Positions 8,923 to 17,224 of a stretch of 37,298 nt of DNA are shown piece by piece. This stretch comes from a virus (taxonomy: Duplodnaviria > Heunggongvirae > Uroviricota > Caudoviricetes), in the IMG/VR virus record IMGVR_UViG_2872158770_000003; one strand, given 5' to 3'. Numbering within the stretch: the first letter of the stretch is position 1; every line of letters begins with the position of its first letter. A program made the translations under genes and the position numbers. The notes under the pieces were generated by a model. That model was not told the origin of the DNA. It ran no database searches and saw only the letters and a program-made list of their open reading frames with translations.

Positions 8923-8998
8923 GGCCCTTTAGCTCAGTGGTGAGAGCGAGCGACTCATAATCGCCAGGTCGCTGGTTCAAATCCAGCAAGGGCCACCA
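8923..8998 (+). tRNA. ileZ: tRNA-Ile2 (anticodon CAT, lysidine-type)
   Basis: Cloverleaf folded by hand: acceptor GGCCCTT/AAGGGCC, anticodon loop CTCATAA, T-loop TTCAAAT, encoded CCA; close to E. coli tRNA-Ile2 (recalled). Confidence 0.85.
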
Positions 8999-9005
8999 TC
9001 ACATA

Positions 9006-9082
9006 CCGCCATTAGCTCATCAGGAAAGAGCGCCAGCCTTCGAAGCTGGCTGCGCGGGGTTCAAGTCCCCGATGGCGGTCCA
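9006..9082 (+). tRNA. tRNA-Arg (anticodon TCG)
   Basis: Acceptor CCGCCAT/ATGGCGG, anticodon stem CCAGC/GCTGG with loop CTTCGAA, T-arm CGGGG-TTCAAGT-CCCCG, encoded CCA. Confidence 0.85.
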
Positions 9083-9095
9083 TTATCTGCATCAT

Positions 9096-9172
9096 GCGTT
9101 GTTAGCTCAGCCGGACAGAGCAATTGCCTTCTAAGCAATCGGTCACTGGTTCGAATCCAGTACAACGCGCCA
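9096..9172 (+). tRNA. tRNA-Arg (anticodon TCT, reads AGA/AGG)
   Basis: Acceptor GCGTTGT/ACAACGC, anticodon stem ATTGC/GCAAT with loop CTTCTAA, T-arm CACTGG-TTCGAAT-CCAGT, encoded CCA. Confidence 0.85.
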
Positions 9173-9186
9173 CACTTATTTTCCCT

Positions 9187-9212
9187 GGCTCGCTTTTGCG
9201 GGCCTTTTTTTT
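9187..9212 (+). terminator. rho-independent terminator after the tRNA cluster
   Basis: Stem GGCTCGC/GCGGGCC (one G-U pair), loop TTTT, followed by eight T. Confidence 0.6.
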
Positions 9213-9217
9213 AAATG

Positions 9218-9435
9218 TCTCACAATTCAGACGGTTGACAGTTGTCTGTTTTGCGGGGAGTTTGTTAAAAGAAACTGGCATGGTGAATCCCCCTGTGCGG
9301 AGGGGCAATCAGCGAGTAGGTATATGGGATAATCGCGGATTCAGGTGCTGGTACTGAATTCACCGGGAGGCACCCGGCATCATGCAATGGCACATAGCGC
9401 CACTCTCCAGCCCTCTCCGGAGGGGCTTTTCTGTG
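9218..9435 (+). repeat. module A of a diverged tandem duplication (TTGACA hexamer, conserved hairpins, terminal terminator)
   Basis: Shares collinear blocks with module B: CTCACAATTCAG, TTGACAGTTG, TTTGTTAAAA, GCATGGTGAATCCCCCTG, GCGGAGGGGC, CACCGGGAGGCACCCGGCA, CCCCTCTCCGGAGGGG + T-run. Confidence 0.6.
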
Positions 9436-9685
9436 CCGGATACATCACAGTTTCTGGAACCTTAGGTACTACAGTATCAGTCAGGGTGCTATATTTTCAG
9501 ATGTGATGAAAGCCTGTCAGCAGGCAGGGCGTATCGGAAATGACCCAGTAGAGAAAACGTTGACTCAGATACCGGTGCTGAGTTACCGGGAAACCGGCAT
9601 CACATGACCGCTATCCTTCCAGGCCCATCCGCTCCGGTGGGCCTTTTTACTGCAGAAAACAGGTTCCCCGTTAAATGCTATGTTG

Positions 9686-9919
9686 CTCACAATTCAGTAA
9701 GTTGACAGTTGCCTGTCAGACTGGGCATTTGTTAAAAAAATTTCGCATGGTGAATCCCCCTGAGCGGAGGGGCGACTGGTGACGGTATAATCTCTGATTA
9801 TCAAAACGAGAATGACGCGGGTTTAGTGGCACCGGGCTGAACTCACCGGGAGGCACCCGGCACCATGTGCATGATGATACAGATACGCGGCTTTAGCCCC
9901 TCTCCGGAGGGGTTTTCTT
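9686..9919 (+). repeat. module B of the diverged tandem duplication; contains a perfect TATAAT at 9786-9791
   Basis: Same ordered blocks as module A about 467 bp downstream; preceded by terminator hairpin GGCCCA-TCCGCTCCGG-TGGGCC + TTTTT (9622-9649). Confidence 0.6.
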
Positions 9920-10147
9920 GTGGGCAAAAAAAGCCCGCGCTGGGAGACGCGGGCGGCAAGGAATAAACAATAAAACGTGAAGTAATATTTCAGCTGGCGA
10001 ATAATACCCCATAGTAATCACTCTGCGCAACTGCGCGGTCTTTTTCGAATTGCGGGCTGTCGTCTCTCTTCTGCCATTGTCCTGTAACTTCCGGACTTCA
10101 GCCCGCTCCTTATTTTACTCACAATATTATCCCGGCCGGGAGGATTC

Positions 10148-12001
10148 ATGGCATTTAAACACTATGACGTGGTCAGGGCGGCATCGCCGTCAGACCTTGC
10201 GAAACGACTGACACAAAAACTGAAGGAGGGCTGGCAGCCGTTTGGTAGTCCGGTGGCCATAACCCCTTATACCCTGATGCAGGCGATTGCAGCAGAAGGT
10301 GATGTGGTCGTCAGTGGTGCAACTGAGCCGGAGTGGTACTACGTCATCGTACTGGCCGGGCAATCCAATGCCATGGCTTACGGTGAAGGTCTTCCGCTTC
10401 CGGATTCATACGATGCGCCCCATCCGCGCATTAAGCAACTGGCCCGTCGTAACACAGTGACTCCCGGTGGTGAAGTATGCGTATTTAACGACATCATTCC
10501 TGCTGACCATTGTCTGCATGATGTTCAGGATATGAGTACGATTAACCATCCCCGGGCTGACCTGAGCAAAGGGCAGTACGGCTGTGTCGGACAGGGCTTA
10601 CATATTGCCAAAAAACTGCTTCCGTATATCCCTAATAATGCGGGGATCCTGCTGGTACCATGCTGTTGTGGTGGTTCGGCATTCACCCAGGGCACGGAGG
10701 GGACATTCAGCGAGTCCACGGGGGCCAGTCAGGATTCGGCTCGCTGGGGAGTGGGTAAGCCGTTATATCAGGATCTGCTTTTCCGCACGAAGGCAGCATT
10801 GCAGAAAAACCCGAAAAACGTTTTGCTGGCGATATGCTGGATGCAGGGGGAATTCGATATGACGAATGCCAGTTACGCCCAGCAGCCAGCAGCATTTCTT
10901 GCAATGGTACAGCAGTTCCGTGCTGACCTTGCCGGGCTGGCGGCGCAGTGTCACGGTGGAAGTCCGGCATCAGTCCCCTGGATTTGTGGCGACACGACAT
11001 ACGCGTGGAAACAAGAACACGGTACGCAATATGAAGTGGTATATGGTGCATATAAAGGTAAAGAATCCCAGCAGATTTATTTTGTTCCCTTTATGACCGA
11101 TGGTAGCGGAGTTAATACACCGACAAACAACCCGTCAGAAGATCCTGATATTGCCGGGTCTGGTTATTACGGTTCGGCATCCCGAACGAACAAAAACTGG
11201 GTATCATCAAATCGCCCGACGCATTTCAGCTCATGGGCGCGTCGTGGCATTATTCCCGATCGTATGGCAACTGCTATTCTGAACGTAGCCGGTCGCACCT
11301 TAGCCTTCATTAGTGGTAAGGCACCGGAAATCAAACCCTCGCCCGGCGGCGACACGCCATCGGGGCCGTCTGAAGATGCATCCATACGCACAATCTCCCT
11401 GTTGCCGACAGCCGGAGACGCTGCTGCGCAGGGCTGGAGCATTAAGAATGGCGGAGTTCAGTTGTCAGATGGTGTATTTAAGATCACCAAGCAGAGCAAT
11501 AAAGCCTGGTCCCTGACGCGCCCGGTGGATGACGCAGTCTCCCTGCTGACACGGGGTGGCAGACTGAGCTGTAAGTTTCGACTGTCAGGCGCACTGACCA
11601 ACAACCAGTTCGGTCTGGGAATTTATCTGTATACCGATGTAGCGTTACCTGACGTCGTGGCGATGACCGGGACTGGTAACCCGTTCCTGATGTCGTTCTT
11701 CACCCAGACCACAGACGGCAAACTGAATCTGATGCATCACAAGAAAGCAGGAAACACAAAGTTGGGCGAGTTCGGGAATTACAGTAACGACTGGCTGACG
11801 CTGGAGCTGGTGTTCACCGCCGGCAGTGCCACGGTTACTCCGAAACTGAATGGAGTGGCTGGCCCGGCATTCCAGGTCATAAAAGACAGTCTGACACTGG
11901 GGCTGAATGCGCTGACGCTGACGGATATTACCAAAAATGCAGCGTATGGCGTTGAGATAGAAAGTCTGGTGCTGGAGATAAATGCACCGGCATCATCATA
12001 A
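10148..12001 (+). CDS. nanS-p: prophage NanS-p-type sialate O-acetylesterase (617 aa)
   Basis: RBS GGGAGGA upstream; SGNH-hydrolase-like block VIVLAGQSNAMAYGEG; size and position (after phage tRNAs, before the holin) match Stx-phage nanS-p (recalled). Confidence 0.7.
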   Translation: MAFKHYDVVRAASPSDLAKRLTQKLKEGWQPFGSPVAITPYTLMQAIAAEGDVVVSGATEPEWYYVIVLAGQSNAMAYGEGLPLPDSYDAPHPRIKQLARRNTVTPGGEVCVFNDIIPADHCLHDVQDMSTINHPRADLSKGQYGCVGQGLHIAKKLLPYIPNNAGILLVPCCCGGSAFTQGTEGTFSESTGASQDSARWGVGKPLYQDLLFRTKAALQKNPKNVLLAICWMQGEFDMTNASYAQQPAAFLAMVQQFRADLAGLAAQCHGGSPASVPWICGDTTYAWKQEHGTQYEVVYGAYKGKESQQIYFVPFMTDGSGVNTPTNNPSEDPDIAGSGYYGSASRTNKNWVSSNRPTHFSSWARRGIIPDRMATAILNVAGRTLAFISGKAPEIKPSPGGDTPSGPSEDASIRTISLLPTAGDAAAQGWSIKNGGVQLSDGVFKITKQSNKAWSLTRPVDDAVSLLTRGGRLSCKFRLSGALTNNQFGLGIYLYTDVALPDVVAMTGTGNPFLMSFFTQTTDGKLNLMHHKKAGNTKLGEFGNYSNDWLTLELVFTAGSATVTPKLNGVAGPAFQVIKDSLTLGLNALTLTDITKNAAYGVEIESLVLEINAPASS

Positions 12002-12085
12002 AAAGTGAGCCAGCCAAATGGAAGGTATCGTTAAACTCACCGGTAGTGTCAGTGGGTCGTCTGAGATGCCTGCATGAGTTATCAG

Positions 12086-12117
12086 AGCCATCAGTACTTA
12101 ACTGGTGGCTTTTTTTA
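12086..12117 (+). terminator. rho-independent terminator downstream of nanS-p
   Basis: 9-bp stem AGCCATCAG/CTGGTGGCT (one G-U), loop TACTTAA, then TTTTTTT. Confidence 0.6.
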
Positions 12118-12151
12118 TTGTTGTCAGCTTCCGGATAACGGGAGACGGGGT

Positions 12152-12367
12152 ATGTACCAGATGGAAAAAATCACAACAGGTGTGTCATACACCACGTCAG
12201 CGGTGGGAACGGGCTACTGGTTCCTGCAGTTGCTGGACAGGGTTTCCCCGTCTCAGTGGGCGGCAATAGGCGTGCTGGGGAGTCTGCTGTTTGGGCTGCT
12301 GACATATCTGACTAACCTGTATTTCAAAATCAGAGAGGACCGTCGTAAGGCTGCACGGGGAGAGTAA
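12152..12367 (+). CDS. S: class II holin (phage-21 S-type pinholin), dual-start motif MYQMEK
   Basis: Translation ...[51 protein letters not shown] matches phage 21 pinholin (recalled); two in-frame ATGs at 12152 and 12161. Confidence 0.75.
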   Translation: MYQMEKITTGVSYTTSAVGTGYWFLQLLDRVSPSQWAAIGVLGSLLFGLLTYLTNLYFKIREDRRKAARGE

Positions 12368-12371
12368 TTCA

Positions 12372-12686
12372 ATGACTCAAAACTATGAACTGATTGTGAA
12401 AGGGATCCGCAATTTTGAGAATAAAGTTACGGTAACTTTAGCGTTACGGGACAAAAAACGCTTTGACGGTGAAATTTTTGACCTGGACATCTCGCTGGAC
12501 CGTGTTGAAGGTGCCGCGCTGGAGTTTTATGAGGCAGCAGCCAGAAGGAGCATCAGACAGGTCTTCTTGGATGTTGCTGCCGGGTTATGTGAAGGGGACG
12601 AGCTGTTGCCAGAAACGCGCCCCTGTTCAGAGGCGCGGTATACCATAAAAATTAACAGTTCTGATAACTCGATTACGGGTTGTTAG
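12372..12686 (+). CDS. hypothetical protein (104 aa) between holin and endolysin
   Basis: ORF with GGGGAGAG RBS region 5 nt after holin stop; no family recognised. Confidence 0.4.
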   Translation: MTQNYELIVKGIRNFENKVTVTLALRDKKRFDGEIFDLDISLDRVEGAALEFYEAAARRSIRQVFLDVAAGLCEGDELLPETRPCSEARYTIKINSSDNSITGC

Positions 12687-12741
12687 CTTTTTGCAGTTGG
12701 CTTTCCAGTATCTTTCATTGGTAGCATCCTGATAAATATCC

Positions 12742-12794
12742 ATGAGCGCAAAAATCAAATACGGCCTGTCAGCTGCTGTTCTGGCGCTGATTGC
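12742..12794 (+). pseudogene. R: SAR-endolysin (R) 5' fragment, truncated after about 17 codons
   Basis: N-terminus MSAKIKYGLSAAVLALIA matches the signal-anchor-release start of Stx-phage/phage-21 endolysins (recalled); frame then runs into unrelated repeat DNA. Confidence 0.55.
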
Positions 12795-12912
12795 AAAATG
12801 GCATCTGAATCGATCGCAGTTTGGCATTCGAATCGATCATGATTTGGCATCCATCTCCGATCACAGTTTGGCATCACAATCGATCACGATTTGGCATACT
12901 TCCGATCATTGA
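12795..12912. repeat. five tandem direct repeats of about 23 bp (consensus TTTGGCATCnnAATCGATCAnGA)
   Basis: Units AAATGGCATCTGAATCGATCGCAG / TTTGGCATTCGAATCGATCATGA / TTTGGCATCCATCTCCGATCACAG / TTTGGCATCACAATCGATCACGA / TTTGGCATACTTCCGATCATTGA. Confidence 0.7.
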
Positions 12913-13119
12913 TTGGAATTCGCCAGTCACTCCGGGAATTAACTCTTTTCACCACAGTCTCCATTGCCGTGTTTAAACCAGTGGAGACGTCAATGTCCAA
13001 AAAGAGAAAATCCAGGAGCACTATGGAAACTTGTTTTAAGATCCTTCAGCTCAAGTTCGATAAGAAGCTGACTAACTGAGGTGTACTGGCAATAGCGGAC
13101 ACTACCATTTGTTCTTTTT

Positions 13120-13938
13120 TTAAGCAGCCATCTGATGATATTTTTCCCTGAAGGCTGCCGGGGAGATATTCCCCAGACGAGAGTGACGACGCTGACGATT
13201 GTAGAAAATCTCAATGTATTCCCGTATTACTGAGATGGCTTCATCCCGGTTATTAAAACGATAGTGGCTCAGGCTCTCATTTTTCAGCGTTCCCCAGAAG
13301 CTTTCCATCGGAGCGTTGTCGTAACAGTTACCTTTACGCGACATTGATGTTTTCAGACCAGACTGCTCCTGTATGACCCGGTAATCGTATGCGCAGTACT
13401 GTGAACCTCGATCAGAGTGGTGGATTAGCCCGGCAGGTGGGCGCTGGCTCCTGAGCGCCATAAACAGGGCTTTACCTGTCAGCTCTTTTGTCATGCGCTC
13501 TCCCATGGCGTAGCCGACAATTTCGCACGTATAAACATCTTTGATGCCAGCGAGGTACAACCATCCCTCCTGTGTGGCAACATACGTCAGGTCCGCCACC
13601 CAGACCTGATTTGGTGCTGTAGGAGCGAACGTCTGGTTCAGCAGATTTGGCGCAACTGGCAGATTGTGGTTCGAGTTCGTAGTCGCTCTGAACTTGCGTT
13701 TCTGCTTACAGCGTAGCCTTAGCTCCTTACGAAGACGTGCCAGTCGGTCACGACCAACGATGATGCCATTCTCTGCCAGCTCCGTCTGGAGCCGCCGGGT
13801 TCCATATGTTTCGCGAGTGCGGATATGTGCCACCTTAATCTCCAGTTTTAGCCGCTCATCACTTTGTTTTCTGTCTGAGGGTTCATGCTGTACCCAGTTG
13901 TAATAACCGCTCCTGGATACACCAAATACCTGACACAT
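13120..13938 (-). CDS. IS600 OrfB (272 aa)
   Basis: Same protein as 2140-2958 apart from one substitution (R/H). Confidence 0.9.
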   Translation of the reverse strand: MCQVFGVSRSGYYNWVQHEPSDRKQSDERLKLEIKVAHIRTRETYGTRRLQTELAENGIIVGRDRLARLRKELRLRCKQKRKFRATTNSNHNLPVAPNLLNQTFAPTAPNQVWVADLTYVATQEGWLYLAGIKDVYTCEIVGYAMGERMTKELTGKALFMALRSQRPPAGLIHHSDRGSQYCAYDYRVIQEQSGLKTSMSRKGNCYDNAPMESFWGTLKNESLSHYRFNNRDEAISVIREYIEIFYNRQRRHSRLGNISPAAFREKYHQMAA

Positions 13939-13973
13939 CGCTTCAATGGGAAATTGTTGTCGCCATTGTTCGA

Positions 13974-14276
13974 TTAACGCGTATTTTTCAGCGACTCCTG
14001 TGCAAAATACGCTGTTGCTTTTTTTAATATATCTCGCTCAAGGCGAGCTTCATTTAACGCCTTACGCAGTTGCAGAATTTCAGATTCCAGTTCAGCCACC
14101 GTGCGGGAACCAGGAGTACCGAGCCCTTTTCTGGCGGCGGTAACCCATTGTCCTAAAGTGCCTTCAGGAAGAGATAATCGGGAAGCGCCTTCACTGATCG
14201 AAAGTTGATTTTCAGGAACCGTTCTGACAGCTTCGGCTTTGAACTCTTTAGAGTAACGTTGGGTTTTTCTGCTCAT
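13974..14276 (-). CDS. IS600 OrfA (100 aa)
   Basis: Identical to 1802-2104 product. Confidence 0.9.
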   Translation of the reverse strand: MSRKTQRYSKEFKAEAVRTVPENQLSISEGASRLSLPEGTLGQWVTAARKGLGTPGSRTVAELESEILQLRKALNEARLERDILKKATAYFAQESLKNTR

Positions 14277-14332
14277 TATTAGCTCCTTCTGATGCCATTC
14301 TATTTCAGGAAGGAGTGTCCGTTAAACTCAGG

Positions 14333-14890
14333 CTACCTCAGCCGGAAGAACAGACTGGCTTCCTCTCTGTTCATCGGCAGATAGCCTATTTCATCCAGGA
14401 TCAACACCCGGGCATAACTCAGTTGCTGTAGCTGACGCTCCAGCCGGTTTTCCTGTTTCGCTTTCATCAGTGTCGCGATCAGTCTGTCCAGTGGCATAAA
14501 CAGTACCCGATGTCCCGCATCCACCGCTTTCACGCCAAGAGCTATGGCCAGATGAGTTTTTCCGACACCAGGAGGGCCCAGCAGGATCACGTTTTCGCTG
14601 CGCTCCACGAACGCCAGACCAGCCAGTTCCCGGACAACCTTACGGTCGATGCCCGGCTGGAAGGTAAAGTCGAACTGCTCCAGCGTTTTGACCCACGGCA
14701 GACGAGCCTGCTTCAGCCTGGACTCCATACCGCGCTGATGCCTGCCGTTCCATTCCTGCTGTAGCGCCATGCACAGGAACTCCCGGTAGTTCAGCTCTTT
14801 TTTAGCTGCCTGTTCCAGCAGGCTTTCAACGTGATAACTCAGATGCTCCATTTTCAGGCGACTCAGCAGGACTTCCAGTTCATGCATCAC
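14333..14890 (-). pseudogene. istB: IS21-family helper ATPase IstB, C-terminally truncated by IS600 (185 aa remain)
   Basis: Walker A LLGPPGVGKTHLA and Walker B VLILDEIGY present; frame runs into the IS600 terminus where a stop is supplied by IS600 sequence. Confidence 0.75.
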
Positions 14891-16160
14891 AACAGCTCCT
14901 CATAGGCACTCAGTGGTCGATGTTCCACCTGACTGACCTGCTGCCAGAGCGGGGCGTGATGCTCCGGCACTGTCTGCCAGCCAGACGATGCTGAACAGAG
15001 GCGATGTGAGGCCACCAGTTTCTCATTACTGTAGATCCGCAACTCGTCATCCAGCGATATTCGTATCGATACCGGCTGACCACACAGCGCTTCGGGAACG
15101 CTGTAACGATTACCACCAACCTCGATATAGCTGTCCCAGGACACATGGCGGATATCGAAGTAACTGGTATCGAAGTCTGTATCCGGTAACGGCTGCAGAT
15201 GTTCCTGCTCCAGCGCGAAGCGCTGTTCCGGCGTTTCTTTGAACTGGCGAAGCTCCCGTTTGTCAGCCACATCGGCTATCCATTGCTCCAGTTGTTGATT
15301 GACATGAGTGAAGCTGTCGAACCTGCGGTACCGGACGAAGAAGTTCTCCTTGAGGTATTTCACCATCCGCTCAACCTTACCTTTTGTTCTGGCCCTGCGT
15401 GGACGGCATGCCCGTGGCAGGAAGTTATAGTGGTCAGCCAGCAACAGGAATCCGGAGTTGAACACGACTTTCCCGTTGTTATTCTTCAGCACCGCAGCCT
15501 TCTGGTTATCAACCAGCACCGTTTTCACACAACCACCGAAGTAGCGGAAGGCGCGAACCAGTGATTCGTAGGTATGCTCAGCATCCTGTTTTGGTGCGGC
15601 GAAGACATGGAAGCTGCGGGAGAACCCCAGCGTATTAACCGCAAAGTTAACTTTGCACCGTTGCCCGGCAACCTCCACCTCAACTTCGCCCCAGTCATGC
15701 TGGAGCTGGTATCCAGGCTGAGTTTCGAAGCGAACTGTTCTTTTTGACGGACGCATTTTACGTTTGGGCTGGATGTAGTAACGCAGCATGGAACGTCCGC
15801 CCGTATAACCCATTGCCTTAATCTCCGCGAAGATAACCTCGCTATTCCAGACATTCTCTGCCAGGCGCATGTCGATGTAATCCATAAACGGTTTCAGCTT
15901 AACCATTTTGTGGCGGGTCTTTCTGGCTGGCGGTTCAGGGTATTTGAGGTAGCGTCTGACCGTCCGTTCAGAGCAACCAATCTGAGTCGCAATATCGACG
16001 ATGTACGCGCCCTGCTGGCGCATTTGCTTTATCATGTAAAAGTCCTCTCTGCTCAGCATGTTGATGTCCTTTCTGGTGTGAGAACCTTAAGGAAACAACA
16101 TGTTGGGTGGAGCGGACAATCCAAATGGCGAATTACCGTCTTATATCACTGGCGCTGACA
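14341..16160 (-). mobile_element. IS21-family element, partial: one terminus at 16160, other end removed by IS600
   Basis: istA then istB on minus strand; high-coordinate terminus reads ...CTGACA, placed where homology to FII begins at 16161; istB cut at the IS600 boundary. Confidence 0.6.
14887..16059 (-). CDS. istA: IS21-family transposase IstA (390 aa)
   Basis: N-terminal HTH and DDE integrase-core-like region; 4-nt overlap with istB as in IS21-family operons. Confidence 0.8.
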   Translation of the reverse strand: MLSREDFYMIKQMRQQGAYIVDIATQIGCSERTVRRYLKYPEPPARKTRHKMVKLKPFMDYIDMRLAENVWNSEVIFAEIKAMGYTGGRSMLRYYIQPKRKMRPSKRTVRFETQPGYQLQHDWGEVEVEVAGQRCKVNFAVNTLGFSRSFHVFAAPKQDAEHTYESLVRAFRYFGGCVKTVLVDNQKAAVLKNNNGKVVFNSGFLLLADHYNFLPRACRPRRARTKGKVERMVKYLKENFFVRYRRFDSFTHVNQQLEQWIADVADKRELRQFKETPEQRFALEQEHLQPLPDTDFDTSYFDIRHVSWDSYIEVGGNRYSVPEALCGQPVSIRISLDDELRIYSNEKLVASHRLCSASSGWQTVPEHHAPLWQQVSQVEHRPLSAYEELL

Positions 16161-16235
16161 TCTCCGGATGACGGGGGCAGCTGTTATCTCTGGCTCAACC
16201 GTGGGCAACCACCCGCAGTTAACCGGCGACGATAA
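16161..16235 (+). pseudogene. FII: 3' remnant of head-tail joining gene FII
   Basis: Frame translates ...SPDDGGSCYLWLNRGQPPAVNRRR*, matching the lambda gpFII C-terminus (recalled); upstream part replaced by the IS21-family element. Confidence 0.55.
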
Positions 16236-16249
16236 ACGCAGGGTGAATT

Positions 16250-16825
16250 ATGGCGATAAAAGGGCTTGATCAGGCGATTGACAATCTGAACCGGGTTCGT
16301 AAAAACGCCATTCCGGCTGCTTCTGCAATGACCATTAACCGCGTGGCCACAACGGCGATTAATCAGTCTTCGTCACAGGTTGCCCGGGAAACCAGGGTGA
16401 GACGGAAACTGGTAAAGGAACGGTCCAGACTGAAACGGGCGACGGTCAGAAATCCGAATGCCAGAATTATCGTTAACCGCGGTGATCTCCCTGTGATTAA
16501 GCTGGGGATCAGAATGCTGGGGCGTCGTCCGAACAGCATACTCAAAGCCGGTCAGCATCGTTATCAGCGGGCATTTATCCAGCGATTAAATAATGGGCGC
16601 TGGCATGTTATGCAACGTCTTCCCCAGGCCAGATATGAGGAGGGCAATGACGACAAGGGAAGGAAAAAGCGTAATCGCCTTCCCATTCAGGTGGTGAAAA
16701 TCCCGATGGCGGCCCCACTGAAACAGGCATTTGATGAGAATGTTGACCGTATCCGGCGTGAACGCCTGCCTAAAGAACTGGCATACGCGCTGAAACAACA
16801 ACTGAGGATTGCGATAAAACGATGA
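16250..16825 (+). CDS. Z: tail completion protein Z (191 aa)
   Basis: Lambda gpZ-like sequence and length; stop overlaps U start. Confidence 0.85.
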   Translation: MAIKGLDQAIDNLNRVRKNAIPAASAMTINRVATTAINQSSSQVARETRVRRKLVKERSRLKRATVRNPNARIIVNRGDLPVIKLGIRMLGRRPNSILKAGQHRYQRAFIQRLNNGRWHVMQRLPQARYEEGNDDKGRKKRNRLPIQVVKIPMAAPLKQAFDENVDRIRRERLPKELAYALKQQLRIAIKR

Positions 16826-17217
16826 AACACACTGACATTCGTGCCGCAGTGCTGGATGCACTCGAGCAGCATGAACACGGGGCGACGCTGTTTGATGGTC
16901 GCCCCGTTGTTTTTGACGAAGAGGATTTTCCTGCGATCGCGGTTTATCTGACGGATGCAGAGTATACCGGTGAAGAGCTGGATGCAGATACCTGGCGGGC
17001 CACACTGCATATTGAGGTGTTTTTACCGGCACAGGTACCTGATTCGGAGCTCGATCAGTGGATGGAAAGCCGGATTTATCCGGCGATGACTGCGATCCCT
17101 GCACTGGCAGGACTGATTACCACGATGGTTACGCAGGGCTATGAGTATCGTCGTGATGACGATATGGCGTTATGGAGCTCTGCGGATCTGACTTATTCCA
17201 TTACATACGAGATGTGA
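16822..17217 (+). CDS. U: tail terminator protein U (131 aa)
   Basis: [54 protein letters not shown]... matches lambda gpU. Confidence 0.9.
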   Translation: MKHTDIRAAVLDALEQHEHGATLFDGRPVVFDEEDFPAIAVYLTDAEYTGEELDADTWRATLHIEVFLPAQVPDSELDQWMESRIYPAMTAIPALAGLITTMVTQGYEYRRDDDMALWSSADLTYSITYEM

Positions 17218-17224
17218 GGACGAT

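Larger units (their letters stand above)
13077..14340 (-). mobile_element. IS600 (IS3 family), second complete copy, inverted relative to the first
   Basis: Identical termini to copy 1 in reverse complement; orfA/orfB identical except one residue; no 3-bp target duplication. Confidence 0.9.

Noticed and set aside
9102-9357. ORFs of 68 and 77 aa overlapping the tRNA cluster
   Set aside because: They overlap the tRNA-Arg genes and terminator, so are not credible coding frames.
9173-10147. Possible stxA/stxB toxin genes in the slot between the phage tRNAs and nanS-p
   Set aside because: No ORF of 60 aa or more in this interval apart from frames overlapping the tRNAs; nothing resembling a signal peptide followed by an A or B subunit. 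The region appears non-coding.
12795-12912. CRISPR array
   Set aside because: Units are about 23 bp and directly abutting with no unique spacers of CRISPR length, so this is a plain tandem repeat.
12891-13079. 62-aa ORF running from the repeat array into IS600
   Set aside because: Starts within repeat DNA and ends inside the IS600 terminus, so it is a junction artefact.
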